Assembly: GCF_032191835.1 (NCBI RefSeq)
Contig: NC_083241.1
Location: 434,001 to 498,000 of the forward strand
Reading direction: 5' to 3'
Source: Heteronotia binoei
Lineage: Eukaryota
DNA: 64,000 nt
The translations under genes and the position numbers were made by a program. Under the pieces are notes generated by a model, which saw only the letters and a list, made by a program, of their open reading frames with translations, was not told the DNA's origin and ran no database searches. Positions 27,601-38,100 of the stretch are shown in pieces. Within the stretch, counting starts at the first letter, position 1, and each line of letters starts with the position of its first letter.

Positions 27601-30600
27601 ACTAGAGTGTGTGCGTGTGAGAGGGGGCTGTTGGTGGCTCCACTCACCTGCCCTGGCCCGTCTTCCTTGCAGCCCTACATGCCCAAGGACCCTCCCGTGG
27701 TCCGGGTGACGGAGGGCCCCTTCTTCTCAGAGGTGGCCGTCTACTACCAGCACGTCCAGGAGGTGGTGCGGCTCTACAACCTGCCAGGTGGGAGGCTGAG
27801 GAGGGGCGCTGCATGGGGGAGTGTTGAGGAGAAGGGGCTGGCGGGTGGGGAGCGGAGTGGAGAGGAGACCCGTCCTCCCTGCCACGCTTGCCTTCTGTGG
27901 CCCCAGGGGTCGATGGGCTTTCCCTGGAGATTTCCTGCCTGGTGGACATCCGTGACCACGTCAACAAGGAGCTGGCGATGCGTTTCAGCACCGACATCGA
28001 GAGCAAGGGGGCTTTCTTCACCGACTTGAACGGCTTCCAGGTACATGGAGGGCAGGGGGGGAGGGAGCAGGAACCCCCTTCCTGTGCTTGGCCAGGGCTG
28101 GACGTCTCCTTCTTTGCTGGCAGATTCAGCCCCGGCAGTACCTGAAGAAGCTCCCGCTGCAGGCCAACTTCTACCCCATGCCAGTCATGGCCTACATCCA
28201 GGACAGACAGAGCCGCCTGACCCTCCACACCGCCCAGGCCTTGGGGGCCTCCAGCCTCAGCAGCGGTGAGGGGAGCAGGGGGGGGGCTGGCGCTCTCCAT
28301 CTGGGGCTTTGGGGCTGGTGCCCAGGGAAGCACCCAGTGATCGGGGCATGCAGGGAAGGTCTGGAAGCAGCTGTGGTGAAGCAGAGGGCTCTTCCCCTAT
28401 GAACAAGGATTCATGAACCGTGTTTGGAGTCCACCTGTTCCCAACTCAAAGCTGATTACGCAGCGCAAGTCAATGCAATCAACAGGATGAGGCGTCTAAT
28501 AAGCTTAGCCCGTGTTGAATGAGGACAGGCTAGTAATTCTTCAAGTGGCAGCTTTTAAAATCTTCCCTTCATTCCTCATCCGTCTTCTGACGCAGCCACA
28601 CACATTATGACTGTGCAGGTCGAATGTGATGAACAGCAGTTGCAGTTAAGCGCCTCACCCTGTTTTCTCAGGCGGAGGTTTCTTCCCATTGGTCCCTTAT
28701 GGGTGGGGGGGGAGACAGAGACTGGTTGTAGAGCCTCAGAGCCTCATGGCTTGAGCCAAAACAATCAGGCAGTAGGAGGAGAGCTCCTTCCTTGCATCCA
28801 GGGAATGTGTGCTCTTCCCACTCGTCCTGACCCAAAAGGAAGAAAGGCAGCCTCCCCATCCAGCTGTCCCAGGTGTGACTTCAGAGCTGAAGTGTTAGCT
28901 GGGAAACCTTCCCTTCTGCTCCAGCAAGAGCCATTTGCATGGCCAAGCACTGAAGCGGGGAGTACTGGGAGAGCGATGACACATCTCGTTTTTTCCTTCC
29001 CAGGCTCCTGAACATGGACAGAGTGTAGGGTGGAAGGCATTTCTCTACCCCTAGGCTTCACCAACAGATTCTGCATTGGGGGGGGGGGGAGGCAGTTGGA
29101 AGGCCTTCTGCTTCTGTCTGTCTGATCCTCCCTGTTTCTCCACGCTTTGCAGGCCAGCTGGAGGTGATTCTGGACCGGCGCCTCATGCAAGATGACAACC
29201 GGGGCCTTGGGCAGGGCTTGAAGGACAACAAGCGCACCTGCCACCGCTTCCGCCTCCTCCTGGAGGGGCGCAGCCCTGCTGAGACGGTAGGAAGAGCCAC
29301 CACTGAGGTGGCCAAGCTGTGGCCCTCCCTCCTCTGAGGTTCTCGAAAGTGCCACGCTGCCACTGTGGGAGGTGACCCTGACCCACAGGATGTGGGGAAG
29401 CTTTCGGCTAGGGGTTACAGGTCCCAGAGCCGGGGTTCCTTTCTCATGGCGGCAGCAGCTGCTCCATCACACGCCCCAGATGAGGGACTCCAAGCCTTCA
29501 GTTGGGTTGTGATCTTCTCACCCTGCGTTGCCACAGGTCTTGTTTTCTGTCTCTTCCAACCTCCTCTTCCCCCCACTCACCCGCATTATGGCGGCTGAGC
29601 TGTCAGGTTAAACACACGGAAGCCAAAAACGCTTTCCACGGGATCTCCTGAGGCCAGCAAAGGGGGAGGGTGGAAGAAGGGGGGGCTTAATCCAGCCACT
29701 GGACGGCTGCACTGAGGACAAGCCAGTGGGGGGAAGATGGGGAGAGCAACGTACACCTCCCCACAAACACACTCCTTAGCTGGCTGGGGGAAGGGGGGGA
29801 GGGAGGCCCTGTCTGTCACCTGCCACAAAGGGACGGGGGAAGCAAGCAAGGGGGGGGGGCAGCCTCCCAAGGACAAACACGCAGCTTGTCTCAAGGTGAC
29901 AATTAATATGTTAAACATCAGAAAGAGGCACTGAGCAGGGCGGTGGGGAAGCTGGGAAAGAAAATGCCCTTTTCCAAGGGGGAGTGTGTCAGTGGGCTCA
30001 GGCCAGTGTGGTGTGTGTGGGGGGAGCGGGAGACCCAGGGCTGAACCCCCCCTCAGGGCCTGACCTCCCTCACAGGGTGGTTGTGAGGCCGAAGGGGAGG
30101 GAAGCCACTTTGGGGGCGGGGGGAGAACAGTGGGGTGGAAATAAAGTAAACAGGACTAAACCACAAAGTGAGGGGGTTGGTGGGCAAAATGCTGGCTGGG
30201 GACTGGGAAGGTGGAGCCTCAGCCAAACACTCTGGCTGTGTGTGCAAAGCAAAAAGCCCCCCCCCCCCCGGGCGCTCTGTGCATGGGACATTGCTGGCCC
30301 TTGCCCTGGGGGGCCCCCGGTCCTCCCCCCTTGCCACTCGTGGAGTGGAGGCAGGGCTGGGCTGGCCCTGAGCTGTTTCCCTCTCCTAACGTGGCTGTTC
30401 TCCTTGACCCCTTTCCATGCCCGCCCAGAGCTCCGGCTTCCTTTCCAAACTGGCCTCCATGGTTAGAGACTGGGTCTATTCCAGCAGCAGGGCCGATGGC
30501 CAACAGGTAAAGCCTGCCCCGTCTTATGCATTAGCCGGTGGTGACGTAGCTGGGCCCTGCCCTGTGTCTGTGCTAGCCCAGGTAGTAGCTCAGGGGGCCT

Positions 30601-31310
30601 CCCTCGATCCCCTGCGTGTGACCCGCCCTGCGGAGGAGCCTGCGCCCACTCCTCTCTGCCTCCTCCCTGCCGCAGGCCCAGGCCAGCCGGCCGGTGAGCT
30701 TCCCGTCTCTGCTCAGCCACATGACTTCCCTGCACCTCAACAGCGAGGTGATGGTGCTGCCTGTCGCCCAGGAGAAGCTGCCGCCTCCTCCGGCCCTGCG
30801 CTCCTTCCAGCCCTTCTCGGCCACTCTGCCCTGTGACTTCCACCTTCTCAACCTGCGCACGCTGCAAGGGGAGGTGGGTACTGGGGGGGCATCCCGCAGC
30901 GCTGCCCTCTCCTGCTGGGTGCCTTGCCTCACTTGGCCGCCTTGTGGGCTTCTCCGCAGGACGATTCGCTGCCCTCCACGGAGATGGCTCTGATCCTGCA
31001 CCGCAAGGGCTTTGACTGCGGCCTGGAGGCCAGGAGCCTGGGCTTCAATTGCACCACCACCCAGGGCACGGTACGTGGGGGAGCCCAGCGGAGGGGAGGG
31101 CACTGCCCCAGGAGAAGCTTTGACCCCCCGCCTCTTCTCCTTCCCTCGCCCCAGCTGCCTCTAGGGAGCCTCTTCCAGGGCCTCGAGGTGGCCTCTCTGC
31201 AGCCCTCCTCCTTGACCTTGATGTACCCGCTGGCCCCGGCTTCCGCTAACAGCACAGTCGTCCACCTGGACCCCATGGAGATCGCCACCTTCCGCCTTCG
31301 CCTGGGATAA
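18618..31310 (+). CDS. MAN2A2: Alpha-mannosidase 2x (Golgi GH38), complete CDS, 22 constitutive coding exons, about 1152 aa (1178 with the cassette exon)
   Basis: Exons: 18618-18749, 18851-19108, 19493-19637, 20268-20439, 21113-21240, 23176-23349, 23606-23792, 24098-24275, 24400-24602, 24684-24866, 24948-25062, 25169-25236, 25656-25821, 26057-26293, 26386-26508, 27673-27787, 27907-28040, 28124-28265, 29153-29286, (30429-30506 optional), 30676-30873, 30960-31070, 31155-31310. Sum 3459 nt is in frame. N-terminus [29 protein letters not shown], Zn-binding [11 protein letters not shown], nucleophile motif [18 protein letters not shown]-terminus [12 protein letters not shown]. Confidence 0.97.
22585..23051 (-). 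mobile_element. CR1 LINE 3' fragment, MAN2A2 intron
   Basis: Minus strand reads [41 protein letters not shown], followed by the CR1 3' UTR and terminus. Confidence 0.85.
25433..25590. mobile_element. Small foldback MITE (hairpin)
   Basis: 39-bp perfect inverted arms at 25444-25482 and 25549-25587 (TTCTAGCAGGAGCTCCTCTGCATATTAGGCCACGCCCCC), with further imperfect inner pairing (GTAGCCAATCC / GGATTGGCTAC). Confidence 0.75.
27183..27435 (-). mobile_element. CR1 3' UTR fragment
   Basis: TAGAATCATAGAGCTGGAAG is the reverse-complement CR1 terminus. The body resembles the copies at 10.2 and 22.7 kb. Confidence 0.7.
30429..30506 (+). CDS. MAN2A2: MAN2A2 in-frame alternative cassette exon (26 aa)
   Basis: CCCAG|AGC...CAG|GTAAAG, 78 nt, phase 0. 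It encodes [26 protein letters not shown], similar to the roughly 25-aa alternative insert I recall in mammalian mannosidase IIx (PNFFSKLAAMFRGLIFHSSRSGNRE). Confidence 0.8.
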
Positions 31311-32388
31311 GGCCCCTCCGGGAGCAGCTGGAACGTGCTGAGCCGCCACCCCTGGCAAGAACAGGACCGCCAAGGACGCTCACGCTTTGCTGGGGCTCGG
31401 CGCACTGCAGCAGCTGCCAGCAGGGGGACTGGAAGGGGGCAGCCTGTTACTTGTTCTTTCGTGGACCCTGGACTTCCAAGGCCGGGCTGGGTGGTGGGGC
31501 TGGCCCGGATGCTCTGCCAGCCTGCCCAAGGGGTTGGGGCGGCGGGAGGTCTGTGCTGCCGTCCTCCCAGGGAAGGACTCCTGCGGTCTCTTCTTGTGGT
31601 CGGCTGCCCACCTGAGCGAGGAAAGGAGGATGTTGCCGCCGTCACTGGATAGAAACGAAAGAGGTTCTCAGGAAAAAGCTTGTGGCTCTTGCTGACCCGG
31701 GTGAGAAGTTGCTCCTTTCCAGAATACAGGGAATCACGAGCTACGGGCACCATCTCCTTCTTTTATGCGGTCCAAGGGATCCCGGGCGACGACCCCACAA
31801 GGTCTCTCTGGCTGTGCCCGGCTGGGGGATGGGATGGGAGGGAAAGCCACAGTCGCCGCCTCACAGCTCCCCCCTGCCTGCTTTTTCACTCCATTCCCCA
31901 ATTCCCAGGAAGCAGGACCCACATCTAGAGCCTGCATGGCTTCCATGTTCAGATCCCTCCTGCCAGGTAGGCAGGCTGCCTGCCCTCCTGCGCCCACCCC
32001 AAAGGCCTCTGGAGGGACCAGCATCCCCCAGCCAGGCCCCTGGAGCCCCCCAAACGGTGCTGTGCCACCTGCGGGCGCCCGACTGGCTTCTTGCTGCCAG
32101 GGGTGCCAGGAAATGCCAGGGGTATGGGCGGAGAGGGAGGGTGGGCGGCAGGTGTCTGGAGGCACACGTGTGCCTCTTTCTGGTTGGCTGTTTGTGGGGT
32201 TGGGTTGGATGCCCTGAGGGGGCCCAGGCAGGAGCTGGAAGCAGCAGGAGCCCCTGGGGGCAGAAATGGAGGCTGTTGCTGGGCCAGCGGGCACAGGGGC
32301 GTGGAAGGAAAGAGACTCCTCTACTTATGGCAGCGAGCTGGTGCTCCACCTTTGTGGGCAGCCATGATTGAGTGCAGCAGTTCTTAAG

Positions 32389-32732
32389 GAAGAAGAAGAG
32401 ATTGCCTTTATATCCTGCCTTCCACTCTGAATCTCAGAGCGGTCACAATCTCCTTTATCCTCCTCCCCACAACAGACACCCTGTGAGGTGGGTGGGGCTG
32501 AGAGAGTTTAACGGAAGCTGCCCTTTCAAGGACAACCTCTGCCAGAGCTATGACTGACCCAAAGCCATTCCAGCAGCTGCAAGTGGAGGAGGGGGAATCA
32601 AACCCGGTTCTCCCAGATAAGAGAGTTCTGGCTGACCCAAGGCCATTCCAGGAGCTGCAAGTGGAGGAGGGGGGAATCAAACCCGGTTCTCCCAGATAAG
32701 AGTCCGCACACTTAACCACTACGCCAAACTGG
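32389..32732 (-). mobile_element. tRNA-derived SINE (Squam3-like) with an internal 79-bp duplication
   Basis: The minus head has an A-box (TGGCGTAGTGG) and B-box (GGTTTGATTCC), and the tail is GGATATAAA..(TTC)n. The B-box segment occurs twice (starts 32544 and 32622). The family name is from memory. Confidence 0.85.
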
Positions 32733-33049
32733 GGGAGAAGTTGCCAAGCTGCTGGGGTGCTGGCAAGGGGCCAGTGGCTGGTGCTGGGTGTGGGTGGGCA
32801 GGAGGAACAACCTGCTCTGGCCCTGTCAAGGCGGTGGTATGAAGGAAAACAGGATGTCTTGGCACCACCCTCACCTTCAGCCAGTGGAGCGCAGCACAAC
32901 GAAATGTCAGGCATACTGATGGCAACCTAGAGCATGGGGGTGGAATGGGTCTGGAGGACTCTGGGTGGGTCACACCCACCCGCCAACAACTACGAGGCTG
33001 CATGAATTTGGTATTTCTTGGACAGCCTGGGCAGTGTCCTGGCTCCAGT

Positions 33050-33883
33050 ACAGGGTTGCCAAGTCCAACTGAAGAAACATCTGGAGACTTTGGGGGTGGA
33101 GCCTGGTGACAAGCATAATTCAGCTCCAAAGGACGCTCTGGCCCTCACATTGAAAGGGACCACACACCTTTTAAATGCCTTCCCTCCATTGGGAATAATG
33201 ACGGGTAGGGGCACCTTTTGGGGAATGATGGAGTGCCCTGGAGACATTTCCCTCCCCCCTGCTTTCTGATGACCCTGAAGCGGGGAGGGGGAGCGCCTCC
33301 AAACCGGGGGATCCCCTGCCCCCACCTGGGGATTACACAACACACACAGAGTAACACGGCAAAAGGACAAAAAAATCAAAGGTACATAACCCACCGTGAA
33401 AAGCAGCTTCTATTATTAAATTATACAAGGTCAACAAAAATAAACACAAATTCCACCATCATAAATTACAAAGCAACCATAACTTTTAGTCCTTAATAGA
33501 AAAGGAAGCAATAGCTCCGAGAGTCTGTCTTTTCATCCTATGGTAAAACTTCCCATCTCGTTCCATGCAATCCTGGTGTAGTAATAATAATAATAAGAAT
33601 AATAAATTTATTTTTATATCCCGCCCTCCCCCGCCAAAGGCGGGCTCCAGATGTTTAATGTCTGTCCAAAGATGCAGCCAATAATCCAAGTTTCCAAGGA
33701 CAAGGTCGTACGACCTTGCTTCCTTTTCTATTAAGGACTAAAAGTTATGCTTGTTTTGTAATTTATGATGGTGGAATTTGTGTTTATTGTTGTTGACCTT
33801 GTAGAATTTAATAATAGAAGCTGCTTTTCACGGTGGGTTATGGAGCTTTGACTTTTTTGCCCACCTGGGGATTGGCAGCCCTT
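33050..33883. mobile_element. hAT-type MITE interrupted by a foldback insertion
   Basis: Ends CAGGGTTGCCA / TGGCAGCCCTT, flanked by the 8-bp direct repeat GCTCCAGT (33042-49, 33884-91). The body is similar to the element starting at 34096. Confidence 0.8.
33335..33859. repeat. Insertion with about 145-bp inverted arms and a 14-bp target duplication
   Basis: Arms at about 33367-33511 and 33716-33859 are about 95% complementary (about 7 mismatches by eye). CCCACCTGGGGATT occurs at 33321-34 and 33860-73. Confidence 0.9.
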
Positions 33884-34095
33884 GCTCCAGTTGAAGCAGC
33901 TGGGAGGGAGGGGTGGAAGCTGCTCCTGCTAGGTCATGCCAAGCCCTCAGCTACAGTGGGGCGGGCAGGCCACTCCATTGAATCCCCTCCATTGGGGGGC
34001 CTCCAACCTGCCCCCTTTGCTCACTGCCGCTTGCCGCCACCACTCTGGCCAAGAGCAGCATTGCTGCTGGAGGGGCTTTGAATTGGGGGGGGGGA

Positions 34096-34892
34096 TAGGG
34101 TTGCCAAGTCCAATTCAAGAAATATCTGGGGACTTTGGGGGTGGAGCCAGGAGACATTGGGGGAGGAGCCAGGGGCAAGGGTGTGACAAGCATTATTGAA
34201 CTCCAGGGGAGTTCTGGCCATCACATTTAAAGGGACAGCACACCTTTTAAAATGCCTTCCTTCCATAGAAAATAATTGAAGAAGATACTGGATTTATATC
34301 CCGCCCTCCACTCCAAAGAGTCTCAGAGCGGCTCACAATCTCCTTTCCCTTCCTCCCCCACAACAGACACCCTGTGAGGTGGATGGGGCTGAGAGGGCTC
34401 TCACAGCAGCTGCCCTTTCAAGGACAACCTCTGCCAGAGCTATGGCTGACCCAAGGCCATTCCAGCAGGTGCAAGCGGAGGAGTGGGGAATCAAACCCGG
34501 TTCTCCCAGATAAGAGTCCGCACACTTAACCACTACACCAAACTGGCTCTCCTACACCAAACTGGCTCCTATCCCCTAATGAAAGATAGGGGCACCTTCT
34601 TTAGGGGCTCATAGAATTGGACCCCCTGGTCCAATCCTTTTGAAACTTAGGAGGTATTTTGGGGAGAGGCACTAGATGCTATACTGAAAATTTGGCACCT
34701 CTACCTCAAAAAACAGCCCCCCCAGAGCCCCCAATACCCGCGGATCAATTCCCCATCATTCCCTATGGGAATCGTTCATGGAGGTGCGTAATGGCTGTGG
34801 GGGCAGGGCTTCTCCTGCGGGCCAGCTGGCTGGGAGAGGGGGAAGTCTAAGACCGGGGATCTCCCGCTGGGACCTGGGGATTGGGAAGCCTG
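34096..34892. mobile_element. hAT-type MITE containing a full-length SINE (about 34279-34550, minus)
   Basis: TAGGGTTGCCAAGTCC ... TGGGAAGCCTG ends. The internal SINE has A/B boxes and a duplicated 5' 17-mer CTACACCAAACTGGCTC. Confidence 0.8.
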
Positions 34893-35059
34893 GGGGGGTG
34901 GTGGAAGAAGCAGCCTCCTGGGGCTGGATCCCCCCCCCCCGGGTTGACTGAGTTAGACAAGTGTGTGTGTGTGTGGGGGGGCTGCTGCTTCACTTGAGAA
35001 GCAGAGAAGCGTTTGGGCCAAACTGGCTGCCCCCCCCCCATAGAAACTGCTCCTAGGGC

Positions 35060-35167
35060 CCCACCACGTGACCCCGATGACTGGCAGCCCGGGCGAGGGG
35101 CGGGGCCGCGTGACGCCAGGCCTCCCGGAAGCGGCTGCGGAGTGAGGGGCGGGCCTTCCGGAGCGCG
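35060..35167 (+). promoter_or_regulatory. UNC45A CpG promoter
   Basis: E-box CACGTG, GC boxes GGGGCGGGGC, ETS cores CCGGAAG and TTCCGG, and GTGACG directly upstream of the ATG. Confidence 0.65.
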
Positions 35168-38100
35168 ATGGCGGCCTTGGGCGAGGAAGAGCCGAAGGAG
35201 GGAGCGGCCTCGGCTCTGCGGCAGGAGGGCAACGAGCACTTCCAGGCGGGCCGCTACGAGGAGGCGCTGGAGGCCTACGCCCGCGCCCTCCGCCTCCGCC
35301 CGCCCCAGCCCCAGCGGGCCGCCCTCCACCGCAACCGCGCCGCCTGCCACCTCAAGCGGGTCCGTCCGCCAGCCCCGCCCCCGGGACCGCGGTGGGAGGG
35401 GCGGGAGGAGGCCACGCCCCCACTCACCCCCCCCTCTCTCTCTCCCCAGGGGGACTTCGCGCAGGCAGAGCGGGACGCCTCCAAAGGTACGGCCGGGGGA
35501 GCACCAGGTGGAATAGCCCGGGGTCAGCCACAGCGCCCGCAGGACTCGTCCTTGGAAGGGCAGCTCTCAGCCCCACCCACCCCACAGGGAGTCTGTTCTG
35601 GGGGAGGAGACTGTGGCCGCTCTGAGACCCTGTCCTTGAAAGGGCAGCTCCTGGGAGAGCCCTCTCAGCCCCACCCACCTCACAGGGTGTCTGTTCTGGG
35701 GGAGGAGACTGTGGCCGCTCTGAGACTCTGTCCTTGGAAGCGGACCTCCTGGGAGAGCCCTCTCAGCCCCACCCACCTCACAGGGTGTCTGTGTGGGGGA
35801 GGAAGGGAAAGGAGATTGTAAGCCACTGTGAGACTCTGTCCTTGAAAGGGCAGCTGCTTTTACAGCCCTCTCAGCCCCACCCACCTCACAGGGAGTCTGT
35901 TCTGGGGGAGGAAGGGGAAGGAGACTGTGGCCGCTCTGAGTCTCTGTCCGTGAAAGGGCAGCTGCTGTGAGAGCCCTCTCAGCCCCACCCACCTCACAGG
36001 GTGTCTGTTGTGGGGGAGGAAGGGGAAGGAGACTGTGGCCGCTCTGAGACTCTGTCCATGAAAGGGCAGCTGCTGTGAGAGCCCTCTCAGCCCCACCACC
36101 TCACAGGGTGTCTGTTGTGGGGGAGGAAGGGAAAAGAGATTGTGAGCCGCTCTGAGACTCTTCGGAGTGGAGGGAGGGATATAAATCCAATATCTTCTTC
36201 TTCAGATACAGCTAGAATGTAAGTCCATCTGACCTATATATTGGAAAGTGGAGTGATGTCTGATGTCAAATGTCATTAGCAAGCAAATGACAATAGCAGG
36301 CATGATTGGATTAGGTGATATATGCAGAGGGGTGCTAGGTGCGGAGAAAGCAGCACTGGGATTGAGACAGGAAACCTCCCAGGGTGTCTGTTGCGGGGGA
36401 GGAAGGGAAAGGAGATTGTGAGGCACTCTGAGATTTAGAGAGGACAGGGCACAACTCTGCAGTCTTCTTCTTCTCCTCCTTGGGAGGAGGAGGGTGAGGC
36501 CCGCTGTGCTGGGGCTCCCCTGGGGAGAAAGGCCAGCCTCCCCTCTCTCCCCTGCTGACCCCTCTCTCCCTCTCTGCAGCCATCGAGGCTGATCCAGGGG
36601 ACGTCAAGGGCCTCTTCCGTCGCAGCCAAGCCCTGCAGCAGCTGGGCCGCCTGGACCAGGCCCTCTCCGACCTTCAGCGGGGCCTCACCTTGGAGCCCAA
36701 GAACCGGGCCTTGCAGGAGGCCCTGCGCGACCTGGGAAGCTGCATGCACGACAAGGTGGGCCAGCGGGGGCCGCCTGGGCCTCTCCTCGCAGAGCACACC
36801 CCTTCACCTCACCACTCACCTGCCCCTGCCTTCCCTTCATTCCAGGTGAGAGCTGCAGCCTCAACAGACTCGAAAGTGGAGCAGATGTTCCAGGTCCTAC
36901 TGGACCCCAAGGAAAAGGATCAAGACAAGAAGCAGAAGGTAGAGCTCAGCTTGCAGGCGGAGATGACAAGTGGGGCTGGGCACGTTGTCATGGCTGGGGG
37001 CCCCTCTGTCTCAGCTTTCGGAGAGGCGCCTTGTAGAATCAAAATGGACACATGGAAATTCTGGGCAGGATTGTAGGGCCAACGGTGGCTGGACAATGTG
37101 GTGGGAGGTCACTTGTTTCCAGACGTAACAAAAGTAGAATAGTCTACAGAATCTTCTCATTTGCTTAGATTTTATATTGTGCATTCATAGTTGCAGTTCG
37201 GGTACTGTACAACATGCCTGATGCAGATGCTGGGAGGTGGAGTGTGAGTGAGCAGTGCCCATTTTTTTGTTGCATATTTGAGTACATCTGTAGCAGTGCT
37301 TGTTGTGCAAGAGTTGCATTCTATAAGGTGGGGAGATTATAACTTGGGGAGAGGGTTTTTTTTGTCAAACTGAACAATTCTCCCCCCCCCCCCCTGCTTG
37401 CACCTCTCCTTGGCCAGGCAGCCCAGAACCTGATAGTGTTGGCCCGAGAGGAACCTGGCGCTGAGAAGATCTTCCAGAATGATGGGGTGCATCTGCTTCT
37501 ACAGCTGCTGGACACGGAGCGGCTCGACATGGTCCTGGCAGCTCTGCGTACCCTTACTGGCCTCTGCCGGGGTCATCGTTCTCGGGTAAGCATGAAGGCA
37601 TCAGTGGGCTGCTGCAGTGGTTTGCACAGAGAGGGTCCTTCTCAGCATCTCAGACCTCAGGGGCCTGTTTTGCAGACTGTGGCCGTCCTGACTGCGCTGG
37701 GGCCTCGGCGTTTATTTGCCGTGCTGGAGCTGGAGGATGAACAGATCTCGCTGGCTGCCTGCAGCCTGCTGCACGTCATGTTTGAGTCCCTGAAGGAGGG
37801 GCTGCAGAGGGAGGTACGCGGCAAGGAAGAAGCCTTGGTGTCTGGTAAGTGCTCTCTTGCACATGGAAGCAGAGATGCCTGTGTTTGTTGCTGTTAAAAC
37901 GGTGGACTCTGATCTGGAGAGCTGCGTTTGATTTCCTGCTTCTCCATACAAACCGTTCTGGGAGACCTGGGGCCAACCACAGTGCTCTCAAACTCTCTCA
38001 GCCTGCCTACCTTATTAGGTGCTTGTTTTGGGGAGGGGAAAGGAAAGAAAGTTGTAAGCCGCTTTGTGGTTCTTTAAGGTCAAGAAGAAGAGGGACATAA

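Noticed and set aside
33265-33280. CTGATGA as a hammerhead ribozyme core near the foldback insert
   Set aside because: It lies in the host MITE and has no matching GAAA stem arrangement.
34480-34550. tRNA-like A/B boxes here and at 32.7, 47.4, 49.7, 53.8 and 59.3 kb
   Set aside because: These are SINE heads that continue into SINE bodies. They have no complete cloverleaf, so they are not tRNA genes.
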